Positions 38,773 to 51,689 of a DNA stretch of 64,000 bases are shown piece by piece. Source of the stretch: Chiloscyllium plagiosum (Eukaryota). The translations under genes were made by a program, and so were the position numbers. How positions within the stretch are numbered: position 1 is the stretch's first letter; the number at the start of each line of letters is the position of its first letter. The notes under the pieces are model-generated. The model searched no databases, had not been told where the DNA came from, and saw only the letters and a program-made list of their open reading frames with translations. Where the stretch lies: the NCBI RefSeq assembly GCF_004010195.1, contig NC_057719.1, positions 20,484,731-20,548,730 on the forward strand. Reading direction: 5' to 3'.

Positions 38773-39779
38773 AATAATGTCCATGGGTCATGAAAGGTAT
38801 TATAATGAATGGAAGTCTTCTCATCTTTAGGTATAAAATAATCATCATTTGAGTGAATTGCATTGCAGACATAAAGTACTAAATGACCTGTTTCTTTCCA
38901 TAAGTTCCTATGTGCTAATCAATTTGTTTTCAATGGTCACAGTGAAAGGACAAATGAACTTGATGTGAATGCATGAAGTACCCCTATATAAATCTTCTAC
39001 AGTCTAATTTTGAAGCATAATTGTCACCCAATCACAAGAAGGACATCATTTATCTCAACACTCATGGAAGGGATTAGTTGAAAATAATATGAAGTCAAAT
39101 GTTTCACAATATGGACTAAACATTTTACTGAAATATATTTTAAAGCCAATTTGTTCTGAATTTCAAAGAGTTAATTTTTCAAGAAGTTGGAAAATATATA
39201 CGAGAAAACAGTCTCAGTTGGAAACGTCATATATGTGGGTGGTTAATTGTTCTTTTGTCATGGTCTGCTCAAGGTAGAATTACAAACTTTTACCTTTATT
39301 CTGACCATAATTGCATCACAATGCAGACTTGAATGGATACTTTGTATGGCCGTCTATTAACAATGAATGTGATTCTGTCAAATATCAGGCAACTTAAATG
39401 ATGGCATTTCAAAAATGAAAAATGAATGAATTTTTTTTTGGTCTGTGTAGCAAACCATATTTTTAGTCATCACAAATCACTGTTTGCAGTCATAAGTCAA
39501 TCAAAAAGCAATAAATTGTGCTGTACAAAAGGGCAGAACTAAATTAGTTGTGAATAATTGGTGCAAGGGCATTATGATGGATTGTCGGAAGGTAACTTGC
39601 GTTGTTATTTTTAATTCCTAAGAGACAATGAAGCTTTCTTTTGTATTTCCATGATGTTCTTCAAAATTGCTTAGAATTTTATTAAGGGTAAATCATATTT
39701 AGAGCAAGTTAAATCTATCTCTAAATATCAAAAACAGAAATTTCAGTTTAATGTGTATTGAATCTTAAAGAAAGAATTT

Positions 39780-40210
39780 ACATTGATATTGCATATCATG
39801 TGCCCTCTTATTGCCTCAATTGATTACAACCAAAAGGAATATAGTCACTGTTTTTATCCAAAATATGCAGACATTTCTGCAAAGAAAGGTTGCACCAAGC
39901 AGTGTTGATGATAATGTTCAATCAATCTGATTAGAGATGTTAAGTGAAGGAGTAAGCATTGGCCAGGATATAGGAATAAGATCCTTTGCTGTTTTGTAAG
40001 AGATAAATGTACATTTGGATGCCCTGAAAGTCTCCAATGTTCTTCTTTAAATAGTACAATTTGAATTTTAATGTCCAACTGAATATAGGTAAACAAGACC
40101 TTGGTTTAAAGTTTGATCCAACTCCAAGTATAATAATGCTCCCTCAGTACTATACAGAAGTGTCAACCTGGGTTCAATGAAGTTTGAATTCACAATCTTT
40201 TAGCTGTAAA
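39780..40210 (-). mobile_element. Decayed DeuSINE/SacSINE-like element
   Basis: GCTCCCTCAGTACT..GTGTCAACCT and CATTGGCCAGGA motifs (recalled family features). Confidence 0.45.
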
Positions 40211-40861
40211 TATGCCACAGATTATTGTGGGAAACTAAGTTGAGGAAAGATGAACACTTTGTACTTTAGACAACAAAATAAGGAAAGGGATTGATGAAAG
40301 TAATGTGATTTGAAAAGACCTTGCAAAAGATAAGAGAAGCAGAAGTACAATACATTTTGTCATCACCCTTGAATATTTCCTGAATATTTTTATGATTTGG
40401 GTTAAGCTCCTCAGTAATGGCATAATGAGAATGAGAAAACATATATTTATGATATGATAATGTACAAGATGTTGTAGCATTGACACCCACAGTCACATGC
40501 TGTTTAAATCTCTGAGAAGATAGGACGGAATACCAGATGGCTGTATTACAGTTTTATGTACAATAGTGAATAAATAAAGACTTCCTTGGAATTCCTCAAA
40601 ATCAGAAAATAACCACTTACAGAGTGGTAAGACAGAGACATTGATACATCACAATGTAATTTGAATTCTTAGATTTCACTGAGAATAAAAACAGGTTACA
40701 ACCGGAAGATAGTGATGCCTTACAAGCTAGTAATATAAGGCACATTTTAGCAAGCATAAACCTTCAACACCCTCAGGGCCCATGTCAGGAGAAAGAAATG
40801 GAAAAGAGCCTTGTATACCCTAAGGCCTGTAACAGCTTTGGGAGCAGACTAAAAGGCGAGC

Positions 40862-41160
40862 AACATTATCAAATACACTTTCCATCCTGGAATTGCTCTC
40901 CTACAACCTCTTCCATCAGCAGACGATATAGAAGCTTGAACACATGCACCAACACCTTCTTCTCTGCTGTTATTAGACTGCTGATTGGACTCTCTAACTT
41001 CAAATAATGTTGATCTCCTGTGCCACAGGACCTGTATGCTACACTAGGTCTAAGCACCCTACGACCTTTATGTCCTTGTGTACTATGATCTGCCTGTACT
41101 GCTCACAAACAAAGCTTTTCACTGTACTTAGGTATCTATGACTGCAATAAATCAAACCAA
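40862..41160 (+). mobile_element. Rex1/Babar-type LINE 3' end
   Basis: RRYRSLNTCTNTFFSAVIRLL resembles the Rex1/Babar C-terminus GRRYRS..T.RF.NSFFP.AIRLLN. Ends AATAAATCAAACCAAA. Confidence 0.6.
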
Positions 41161-41169
41161 ATTAAAGGT

Positions 41170-41932
41170 AGAAATGGATTCCTGTAATCAGCCTGAGAAA
41201 GACTGAGGATAACAGGTTTCTGTTTGTTACAAAAGAGTGAACTATCAACAATGTATGTGTACATGATCATAAGGAATTAAAGTTAATGATTTTCTGTAAG
41301 TATTGGATGGAGATGAAACAAAGACAAGCTTAGGAACAGTCTCACTGTTCTCTGCAGTCAAACTTTGTAAAAACTAGAAGAAAGCCAGTTTATCCTGCAA
41401 CAGTTTCCTGCAAAAGTTGTTTTATGGCTGTGACTTCTAACTGATAAGTCAAGACTTTTTCATGAGAGAACCAGTCAGCTAGTGTCTATTGCTAGCCAGT
41501 GAAAGCATCTGGAGAAGGACGACTGAAACAATGTGGTAGACAACAGATGAGTCATGAGGATCATCTCAAGAACAGGACCTGGAAGCAAAAACTACAGAAC
41601 TCTCTTTCCAGTATTTCCCCTCGCTGATGGCCTATTTTGTTAAGTCTGTTTCTGTCCATGTTAGGGCAAGTTTATGAGGGATTTGAGAGCTTTAATTAGT
41701 AGTGTTATATGCAGTTGATTCATAACTGGTTACCTGTAGCTAGAGTCTGAAAAGTTGTAGTAAACAATGGTTCTTGTTCTGTACAGAAACCTCGTCCAAT
41801 TTCTATCAATCTGTGTTCGAAAATCAGGGACATTAGGGAATTTTATGTATGTTACAAAAGCTTTAACTTCTGTGAATATTCCAGAAATAGCAGAGCTTGG
41901 TTTCCAGCATGCTAGCCTAGTGAATCGTAACA
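41170..41932 (+). mobile_element. Probable solo LTR, left end uncertain
   Basis: Ends TCGTAACA. Block 41716-41742 is shared with 50693-50719. Confidence 0.45.
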
Positions 41933-42638
41933 GTATCTATCAAATATTAATGTAGCACTCCCTCATTTCCTGAGTGAGTGAGGAACATTTTAAATTAGTG
42001 GAATGACCCTGACACCCAGCTGGACAGCTAAAGTTTACTCCTTTTTGTTCCAAAGTAGGTCTTTAAGTTACATTGTTAATTTTTTAAATATATAGGTGGT
42101 CTCGGAATCGTAATGAGATCCCCCCTTTTTACAGTTCCAAGTTTAATTTTAAATAGTGTTAAGTCCCCTGAAAGCTTACACTTCTTAGTTGTAAAGAAAT
42201 GTAATACTGGTAAATTCCATGCAAGTCATGGGCCTCCCATTTCCCTTGAAAATGAACCTTGCTGAATAGTCAAGTTTGGTTCATACTTTTCTGACTCAGG
42301 GGTATGTTATCACATTAGAACATGTTTTGAATTATAATATTTTCTATTCAATTGTGGTTTCATTATTAATTCTTACACTGGGCTGTTTTCGTGACCCTCA
42401 CCCCTTCGCTCTGCGTCACTGACATCGAAAAATTGCCAACCGCTCAGGATCCTCATGGGATCTCTCCAATCTTCTTAGCTTATGTAGCAATGTCCTGGAT
42501 TTCAGGATGCACGGGCAACTAGCATTGAAAGACTGCTGTGAGGGCACTTTTCGGCATAGGGTCAGGTACTCCATTCACAGTTTTGAAGAAGAGTCACTGG
42601 ACCTGAAACAGTAACTCTGTTTTCTCTTCACAGATGCT

Positions 42639-42997
42639 TGGACTTCACCAGTTTCTTCATCCCCCCTCCCCCCACCTTGTCTCAGCCGAATCCCTCCAGC
42701 CCGGCACCGCCTTCCTGACCTGCAGTCTTCTTCTTGACCTCTCCGCCTCCACCCTACTCCGACCTATCACCTTCACCTTGACCTCTTTCCACCTATCACA
42801 TTTCCAACGCCCCTCCTCCAAGTCCCTCCTCCCTACCTTTTATCTTCTCCTGCTGAACACTCTCTGCCCATTCCTGAAGAAGGGCCTGTGCCCGAAACGT
42901 CGAATCTCCTGTTCCCTGGATGCTGCCTGACCTGCTGTGCTGTTCCAGCAATAAAGTTTCAGCTTTGATCTCCAGCGTCTGCAAACCTCACTTTCTC
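42639..42997 (+). mobile_element. PLE family A 3' fragment with HHR and tail
   Basis: Starts at GIY-YIG end (DFTSF), pyrimidine-rich tract, HHR. TSD CTTCACAGATGCT at 42626-42638 and 42998-43010. Confidence 0.88.
42870..42905 (+). ncRNA. Minimal type I hammerhead ribozyme motif, intact
   Basis: ATTC CTGAAGA A GGGC CTGT GCCC GAAA C GTC GAAT: perfect stem I and stem II, GUC triplet at 42899-42901. Confidence 0.8.
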
Positions 42998-44714
42998 CTT
43001 CACAGATGCTGTCAGATTTACTGAGTTTCTCCAGGAATTTCCACTTTTGTTTGCCATGAGGTTTTTGCTCCCTATGCGTTTACTCACTTAGCATCCACCT
43101 GAATGCTTGCAGCATCCCTGCCTTACCTCGTCTTGCCTAATGGCGCAGTCCCATAACCAGATAGCATGCCTTTCTCAGTCTAAGGAGACAGACATCCACC
43201 TGTACAGCAGTGTGCTTCATCGATCTCATAGCTGTACCATATGCCAGCAGCTTACACAGCAAACACACTGTTTGCGCAGCAGGCAGCCAGCCATGTCTTA
43301 AAGTCTTAGGCAAGAAGTTTTCACCAAACTCCATGGAGACAGCTGACAGCTGAGGGAATCATGTATGGTAAGGCAAGGGCAGCCTCTGAATCGCCTCAAG
43401 GGGATTGGCCACGAACAGCCAGGACATTATCGGTCAGGGAGCCCATGCCTCTGGAGTCCAGCGAGTGGGTCACAATCAGTCATGTGGCTCCAGAGTGGCC
43501 AGTCCAAGAGTAAGGTGAACACACTCAGGAAGATTTACAGGTATTGGTCAGGGATCTGGGCATTTCTTATCTAGGGCTGTTCGCTCGGTTACTGAGGGAG
43601 TAGGCTGTGATCTGTCTATTGATTCACCCGGAAAAGGTTAAAGTAGTTGGTTGGGGGTTGTGGTGGGGTAAGGAGAGGTCGATGCTGGGGGAATATACTC
43701 ATGAGAATTGAGTGCTGCAGGTTAGGGGAGCAGTGAAAAAGACAATTGTGAAGGGGGGTAATTATACTTCTAAGTGGGTTGGGGGAGAATATGGTAAAGC
43801 GAGGGTGGAAACGGGGTAATGCAGGGTTGGGGTGGGGTTAGTGGTTAGTCCACCATCAGAACCACCCCAGCATCATGGTGGGAAACACTGTTTGATCAGA
43901 CTTTGGCATGGTCACCTCATATGCCAAGGGCTGGGAGGATAAAGGTGGGCAAATACAGAATCATTTGGATCCTGGTGGGTGGGGATCTGGGGATAGGTGC
44001 AAAGCTTATGGGTTTCTCAGGAAGGGCTATGGAAAGGGAAGTTGGATATTTGGGCTCTCAACAACACATCAAGTTGGAGTTTGGATATCACTGTCTCAAC
44101 AGCACTCACTGACATCTTGTGTTGTGATAGAAATGCAGAAATGGAACAAAAATGGCCACAATAATATCAGAATGGACACGGTGTCTCAACCTGTGAGGGA
44201 GGGGAATGCAAGCTTCACTGATGTGACGTACTTTAGGAGAAACAACATTACACACAGATCCACACAGGATGTAGGGGCTCCCAATTCCTCAAGACCCAAA
44301 TTAATTGGCTTCCTGTGTGCTGTACACCTGCCTGTCCCAGACATTGCTGATCACTTCATTCAATACTAACACTTCTACACACAGAGGTCAGAAAAAGAAT
44401 AGCAATTTTTGAACAAATGATACTGGCAGAACCCATTGTCCCTTATACGCCTTGTTTACCGTGCCTCTATATACTATAATAGGCTCTTAACCAAGATATC
44501 ACTCCATGTTGCATCCTAAGTGGTCAGAATGTTAGACATCGTGGTACCACAGTTACATTTGGGGCTAAACGAGAGACTCAAATGGATGCAGTGCAATAAC
44601 ATTCACACTTAAGGAAACATAAGCATTGATAAGGAGTACAACATCCCTGTGCTATCAATCTGAGATTCTAGTCATTGCCCAGCACTTGTGTAATGCTAAT
44701 ATTCATTGTCATTG

Positions 44715-44940
44715 ATCTCCGATAATGTGGGTGTTATCCACATTGTACTGTAAATGAACATGAACTACTTTGATATCTGAGGTTTCACAAATGTTTCTGA
44801 GCACTGTCAAATCATCTGCGAATAATCCCACTTCAGACCGTCTGATGGAGAGAAGGTAACTGATGAAGATTGGGCATAGCACAATACCCCTGAGAAACAC
44901 TTGCGGAGATGTTCTGGAGCTGACATGATTGGCCTACAAA
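44715..44940 (-). mobile_element. Second-family LINE RT fragment
   Basis: Minus-strand SIRRSEVGLFADDLTV. Confidence 0.75.
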
Positions 44941-46731
44941 TTTTGTTAAAGCAGCTATTGCTGATAATTTTAGGTAAAAAGAAAATAAAGAATTGAAATG
45001 GTTAAGAAAGTTCTTAGGATTATAAGCAAAATAAAAGACCTTAAGAAAATAGAAACAGGGAGAAAATGACAAATGGAACAGAGAATGGATAAAATATTCA
45101 ACGTGTCTACATAACAGCACATGACAGGGTCAATTTAATTTGTTAGTGGAACTGTTTAAAAGAATTATGAGGAAAGTCTATGAATCAATTATTTGAAATT
45201 GTGTCTACAAACAGTAAACCTATTTATGTTCGAAGTCCTGATTTACTTTCCACTGCACGGATTCATCATTGATTGAACCAATAAACTATGGAATGAGAAG
45301 AAAATTGCTTAAATAGCGCCCATTCTAACATAAAACATGAGCAAAACTACAGCTGGAAAGGTGACAGCATTTAGAAGTGAGTTTAAAATGGAAGTTATTT
45401 CATAAAGGAACAATACTATCAGAAGGAATGTCTGTGCATTAAAATTTGTTTTGAACTAAATTAAAATTAAGTAGAATGCATTTTCAGTAATGTGTTCTAT
45501 TAAATTTTAATAGACACAAAATTATATGTGCTATCTAAGTCTTAAAGGCCAAAGGTAAACTTTGTAATAGTTAATTAAAATAAATATTTTCCATTAAATT
45601 GTCCTGCAGAAATCAGCGCACTTCAAAAATTAATTAATTCTGAAGTATTTTGAGATAAATTGACGTCAAATTGCTGTACAAATTCAAACATTATGAATAA
45701 AAATTGAAAGTTCTATGTGATTAGAATAGAAGATACAGTTGTTAAGTGGTTTAACATAAGAACTTCTCTCAGGCATAGCATTAATACCCATAAGCCTTCG
45801 ACTGAGTGAACAATTGGTCTAGAAAACTACAGACAAAATTATAAATCTGTGACTACAATGTCTTACAAAAACCAAGCATCTTTTGACTTTATTTAATTTT
45901 TAATATAGCTCCACATTTTTCACTGAACAAGTTTCGGTCATTTTCTCCCTGTTTCTATTTTCTTAATGGGAAAAGGCTGAAGAATAACAAAATAAAGGTT
46001 ACATTATGATGGGGTTTGATGAATAGGCTCTGGAGAAGAAGATTCCAATTGCGAAGATAAACTAGGGGTCGTTCTGCATATATAAGCCAGTCACTATAAA
46101 TCTAATGAATGATTCAGGAGAAATAACTTTACCAAAAGAGTGGTTAGAATGTGAAGCTTGCTACAATGTGGAATGGTTAAGCTGAATTGCATACATATCT
46201 TTAAAGAGACTTTAGATATTGAAGGAGAAAGCCAAAGAAGGACATGCTGACAGGATTAAACAATAATAGATGTGAGGAGGCCAACAAGGAAAATACACAA
46301 TTGAGATGGTGTAACCTATGGTGTTATACACCAAGAGCTGAAAGGTGGAAATTAGCTGGATAGTGATAGGCAGCCAATATCGACTTGAGCAGCTTCCATC
46401 AGGGCCGTGAATCTTTCCAGATTGGCATGTTAACATCATCATAGATCAATTGGCCCAAATAGCATGATTCTGGTTTGTAAATTCTATATAATTCCTTGGA
46501 GGTCTTGTGGCACAGTAGTGAGCAGCAGCTGTGGTTTCCAGTTTTACGTCAGATCTTGATGGCTATGTAAAGTGTTTCATAATGCAAACAGGTTTATTAT
46601 GAAACTGTAACTCCTTCCTATACATCTGCAGCAGTCAGAAAAAAATAGAATGTTTCCTGCAACAGCCTCCTCATTTTAACTGACTTCACATGCGCACAAC
46701 TTCTTGCATTGACATGTAACACCATTCCTCC

Positions 46732-46954
46732 ACTGAAAACAGCAAATGCTGGGGATCATAGTGGGTTAGACAGTATCCACGGAGAGAGAGGAAGCTAATG
46801 ATTTGACTCTGGATGACTCTGCATGAGATGAAGAGTTATCTATACTCGAAATGTCTGCTTGCTCTCTCTCCATCAAAGCTGTTTGACCCACTGTGATCTC
46901 CAGTATTTGTTGTTTTCAGTACAGATTCCAGCATCTGGCATAATTTGCTCCTAG
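46732..46954. mobile_element. Old fold-back PLE terminus (family B-related) with decayed HHRs
   Basis: Diverged inverted arms 46732-~46827 and ~46827-46920, 34-nt tail containing TTCCAGCATCTG, GATGA A GAGT..ACTC GAAATGTC. Confidence 0.75.
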
Positions 46955-47396
46955 CCTTCATCCACCACTCTTGCCAAAAGCATGCATCTGAATTTACATG
47001 AGTAATGGGCTGGCACAAATTGACAAACCAAAATTTAAATATGGTCAGCTGGTAACAACAAAATTGAGATTAGTGGTGATTGACAGCATGCTTGCACGGG
47101 TAATTTCTTACATTGGAAAAACCTCTGAATTGGAACAGTAATATAGTTAACAAAAGTGGTATTCCTTTCAGAGAGATCCAGATCCAGTGGATTCCTCTTA
47201 CCTTCTCAGTGCTTTCCTCTTGAGCATACCTCTGTGCTTCTTAAGAATGAAAGTTGAAGGGATGCTGGAGAATTGTCATGGTTGGTTAACAAGCTTTCTT
47301 TGTCAGTAGTGTGTTATAACAGGACAGCATAAACTTGAATTATAGTCACTCTGAGAGGAAGGTGCGATGGTTGAAAACAACAGCTTATTTGCTATT

Positions 47397-47720
47397 GAAC
47401 ATAGAACAAAGAAAATTGCAGCACAGGAATAGGCCCTTCAGCCCTCCAAGCCTGCGCCAATCCAGATCCTCTATCTAAAACTGTTGCCTATTTTCTAAGG
47501 ATCTGTATCCTTTTGCTTCCCACCTATTCATGTATCTGTCTAGATTCAACTTAAATGAAGCTATCATGCCCGCCTCTACCACCTCCCCTGGCAACGCATT
47601 CCAGGCACCCACCACCCTCTGCATGAAGAACTTCCCACGCATATCTCCTCTAAGCTTTTCCCTCTCACCTTGAACTTGTGACCCCTAGTAATTGAGTCTC
47701 CCACCCTGGGAAAAAAGCTG
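47397..47720 (-). mobile_element. CR1 3' fragment
   Basis: GAACATAGAAC tail and reverse-complement CR1 3' end. Confidence 0.85.
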
Positions 47721-48643
47721 GTGGTGGCATGACATTTGGGATTGTGTTACATTGTCAGATGAGTCCTGTAGGGAATTGAGGTGCATTTCCAGACAAGACC
47801 AAGTAGAAACCTGCTTTATTTCTGTGGACACCAAATAATTCTGGACCTGCCTTCTTGAACTTCAAGTGCAGCAGTTTGCCTAAATATTTCAATCGGACTC
47901 TTTGGAGTGGCTGACTACTTCAATAGCTTGGTGAAGATCAGACCACTTCCTTAAGAATTCCCCAAGTTAACAAATTACATCTGCAGGTTCTTCTATGTGC
48001 ACTTGTTGTGACACCCACAATTATTCACTTTTCTGTTTTTCTTTCTTATAGTGACTGAACTCAAAGGCAGTTCATATCTGCAACTGAGAATTTAGACAGC
48101 AATCTCACACAATTTTCTCTTCAGCAACCACAACCATCACCCAACAACTTTCAAACTTCACTACAGATGCTAGAAGGCAGAAAAACATTCCTGTTGGAAT
48201 ACCTAAGGGAAGGGTGCAAAACATAATCATATACGCTTATTCTTTGCAAGAGGATCAAAAGAAGCTGGAACCATGAAAAAGCAGATTTTTTGTCTTATCG
48301 CTGTGTTCCCTACAATATCATATGTTCTACACTTTAAACTATGACTTTGGTTTTGGAAATTTGTGAATTCAAGGAAGGTCCAATATTATAAAACAAATGT
48401 TTTGTATTTTTTTTGTTGTGTGTAGGATCTGGAAAATAATTGAAATATATCTAAGCATCTTATTTCATTTCTATAATCTTAATCTCTCCTCACCTCAGGT
48501 CCTCAACAGGAAAGTTGAAGTCTGCAAACTTCTGCGTCATCTAAATCACTGTGAACATTGCAGCAAGAGGTCTATTGGTATTTACTTTGCTGACTATTGG
48601 TAGCAAGAATTCTGTACAGAAGACAAGCAAAAAAAAAGCAGCT

Positions 48644-48927
48644 TTAGATTAGATTCCCTACAATATGGAAACAGGCCATTTGGCCCAACAAGTCCACACC
48701 GACCCTCCAAAGAGTAACCTACCTCGATCCATTCCCCTCCCTGACATTTACCCCTGACTAATGCACCTAACACTATGGGCAATTTAGCATGACCAATTCA
48801 CATGTTTGGATTGTGGGAGGAAACCCATGCAGATACAGGGAGAATGTGCACACTCCACCCGAGGCAGGAATCACTCCCAGGACCCTGGTGAGGCAGCAGT
48901 GCTAGCCACTGAGTCACTGTGCCACCC
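48644..48927 (-). mobile_element. V-SINE
   Basis: Homology to 5115-5434. Confidence 0.85.
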
Positions 48928-49579
48928 CAGATAATCGACACTTATTTACATCAGGATATCTGCAGCTAAAGGAATTCTTTTGAATGTCTTCTTTGAGCAC
49001 CAAAATGTCTACATCTGTATTGTACTTTGAACTATATTTAATTATTTGCACCCTTACTGACCATTCAGAAAAAGATCATGAATTGAGTAGTTCCTGAAAT
49101 AAGTCATTTGACAATTGGAATGAAACTAAGAAATTGAAATGGATTCAACAGTTCTTTTTTGGATCTTAACATTTTTCAGACAAAGAAGGTAAAATAAAAA
49201 TAGATGACCACGTATCACGGAGGGACTAGTTGGTCTGAAATGTGATGCATTTGCTCTGTTTCAAGTCTTGACCTGAAAAAGCATGCAAGCTTTGATTTCC
49301 TGAGAACCTCATTTTCTCAAATAAATTAAATTCTGCTGAATATATTTCCTCTACTAGTCTCCTGACACTTTTCACAATCCAGTGATACCTTTTCTTACTT
49401 ATTAAGGGATCTGTGGCTTTTATAAGAAAATAAAATGCATCATTTATTTTTCTTCCTCTTAAAAAAACTTTTTGCATGTAGGAATTCCTGAGGCTGCATA
49501 TTCATTGGAAATGACTCCATTTAGATGGCCAAGCAGAGGTAATTTGCAAAGACATTTTTTTTTGTAATTGATGCACATT

Positions 49580-49705
49580 TGGTGCACATTGGCACCAACG
49601 ACATAGGTAGGAAGAGGGGTGGGGAGGTCATTCAAGAGCTCAAGGAGTTAGGCTGGAAGCTAAAAGCTAGTTGTTCTATGTTCTATGTTCTATCTATGTT
49701 CTATG
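49580..49705 (+). mobile_element. CR1 ORF1 esterase fragment fused directly to a CR1 (TTCTATG)n tail
   Basis: VHIGTNDIGRKRGGEVIQELKELGWKLKA followed by TGTTCTATGTTCTATG.. Confidence 0.8.
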
Positions 49706-50217
49706 ATGTTATTAATGAGGCTGGAAGGAGACCACTTCACTCACAGCATTTACAAATGGACCATCTGGTGTAAGCCAGTAGTTGTGGACTAGTGACCATT
49801 TATCAATGGTACAGGTCTCTGTCTATCAAACATCTATGTGATTGACTTCCAAATAGCTAACAGCTTATGCATATGAATGTTTGGGTCAGAAGATTAGGAT
49901 CTCTGCAAGGGTGGGAGTTGTCTCTCTTCTGTGCAACAAAATAAAATGCATTAAACCCGTTTATATTTCCCTCAGCTGTGGCTCTTAATCAGTGAGCTGC
50001 AGCATTTACAAGATCGAACCTGCCACCCTGTGCCTTCTGCCAACAAGCGCAAGAATCTAAAGAAGAATCAAGCAGCAGCACATCCTGACAAGCCAAAAGG
50101 ATCACCATGTGAACAGGGGCCATTGAACTGCATTCCTGGTATTTCCCTGCACCTCTCACATCCATGATTTTTTGCGCCAGTGTCTGTCTGTATGTGTGTC
50201 CGTGGAGTGGTGGGTTA

Positions 50218-50640
50218 AATAGAAACATAGAAAATAGGAATGGTGTAGGCTATTTTATTCAGCACTTCAAGCCTGCTCTGCCATTCAATATGATCATGGC
50301 TGATCGTTCAACCCAGTACCCTGTTCCTTCTTTCCCCCCATACCTTTAGCCCTAAGAGTGCTATCTAACTCCTGGTGGAAACCATTCAATGTTTTAGCTT
50401 CAATCACTTTTTATGGTAGGTAACCCTATAGTTCCCCACACTGTGGGTGAAGAGATTTCTCCTCATTTCAGTTTTAAGTGGTCTACTTGTATTTTTAGAC
50501 TGTGATCCTGGTTCTGCTTTGCCAAGTCATTTGGGACATAACTTCCAGCATTTATTCTGTCTAGTTCTGTTAAGATGTTTCTATAAGATTCTCTCCCTCA
50601 TTCTTCTAAGTGCCAGTAATTATGGTACAAACTGATCCAC
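50218..50640 (-). mobile_element. CR1 3' fragment inserted in an LTR-like sequence (~49960-50910)
   Basis: ATAGAAACATAGAAA tail; similar to 63451-64000. Confidence 0.8.
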
Positions 50641-51689
50641 TTTCTTTTAGTTTATAAAGGGTTTAAATTGAACTAACTGAGTTACATGTCAATGATTCAT
50701 AATTGTTTATCTGTAGCTAAAAACATATTTATTTGTGGGAAATATTTATTCTTATGAGTAAAAGCCTGATCTGTACTTTCCATAAAACTGTATTTAAAAG
50801 ATAGGTAAATTGGGGAATTTTGCATACTTTTGGGAAATTGTTAACTTTGGTGAAGACTTCAGGGATAGCAGGTTTGATATCCAACGCTTTAAGCCAGCCA
50901 GGAATGGCAAGGTTTCAAAGCTTATCCAGCTGTGGCTTGAAACTGAGGGATTGAAGGTTTGGATGTGCTATTAGTTAATAGCAGAAATGAAGGAAAACGC
51001 CAGACATTTTACTGTGATTGAGACATGGTATTCAAAATGGAAAAGGATTTCCTGTAGGTGGCAGAGTAGTCCCAGGCAGACCTAAGGAAACTTTCAATTC
51101 AGGTTTCCAAATTTTGGCTGAAGCTGTGTATGTGAAAGATTGCTTCTGCTAAAGGGAATTAGTTTTAGGACTATTGAGAAACAGGTTACCTCGATGTAAG
51201 GAGTTTAGTTTTAAAATTCCAGCCTAGAACAGTTTGGTTAAAACCCTGAAAGGGGTACTTGAAACTGAAAAAGTCTAAGCTCGATTGCAGGAGTGCTCCA
51301 GGAAGAGGCTATGAGAATCCCAAAATCATAAATTTAAGCCACAATTCAATTAAGCCAATAAATGTAAATGAGAAAGGCTAAACATGATAAAGGTGCCTTG
51401 CATTTTACCACGTATTTCAAATTTTTTAAATTTGTATTGTCCGTAAACAGGTTTGTTCATTTTATTTTAACTTCATCTCATTTGAAAAATAAGCTTGTTT
51501 TTTTTTGGTAAACACAAAAGCTGCAGCATTTCGTGGGTGAGTTTCAGTAAACTATCACTTCACCAAAAAAAGATGATCTATCAAGCCAGATTTTGTCTGG
51601 GATTAAACCATACCTGCTATCACATTGCGTGTGTCCCTGCTAAATGAGATAGATTTCAAATACATCTAGTAACTCAAGACTGAGCAACC

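Larger units (their letters stand above)
42578..43053 (+). mobile_element. PLE family B terminus (decayed HHR) split by a family A insertion
   Basis: AGTT TTGAAGA A GAGTC ACTG GACCT GAAAC AGT AACT; resumes after 42997. Confidence 0.75.

Noticed and set aside
40235..40496. Hydrophobic minus-strand ORFs
   Set aside because: Expected from AT-rich sequence; no motif or splice support
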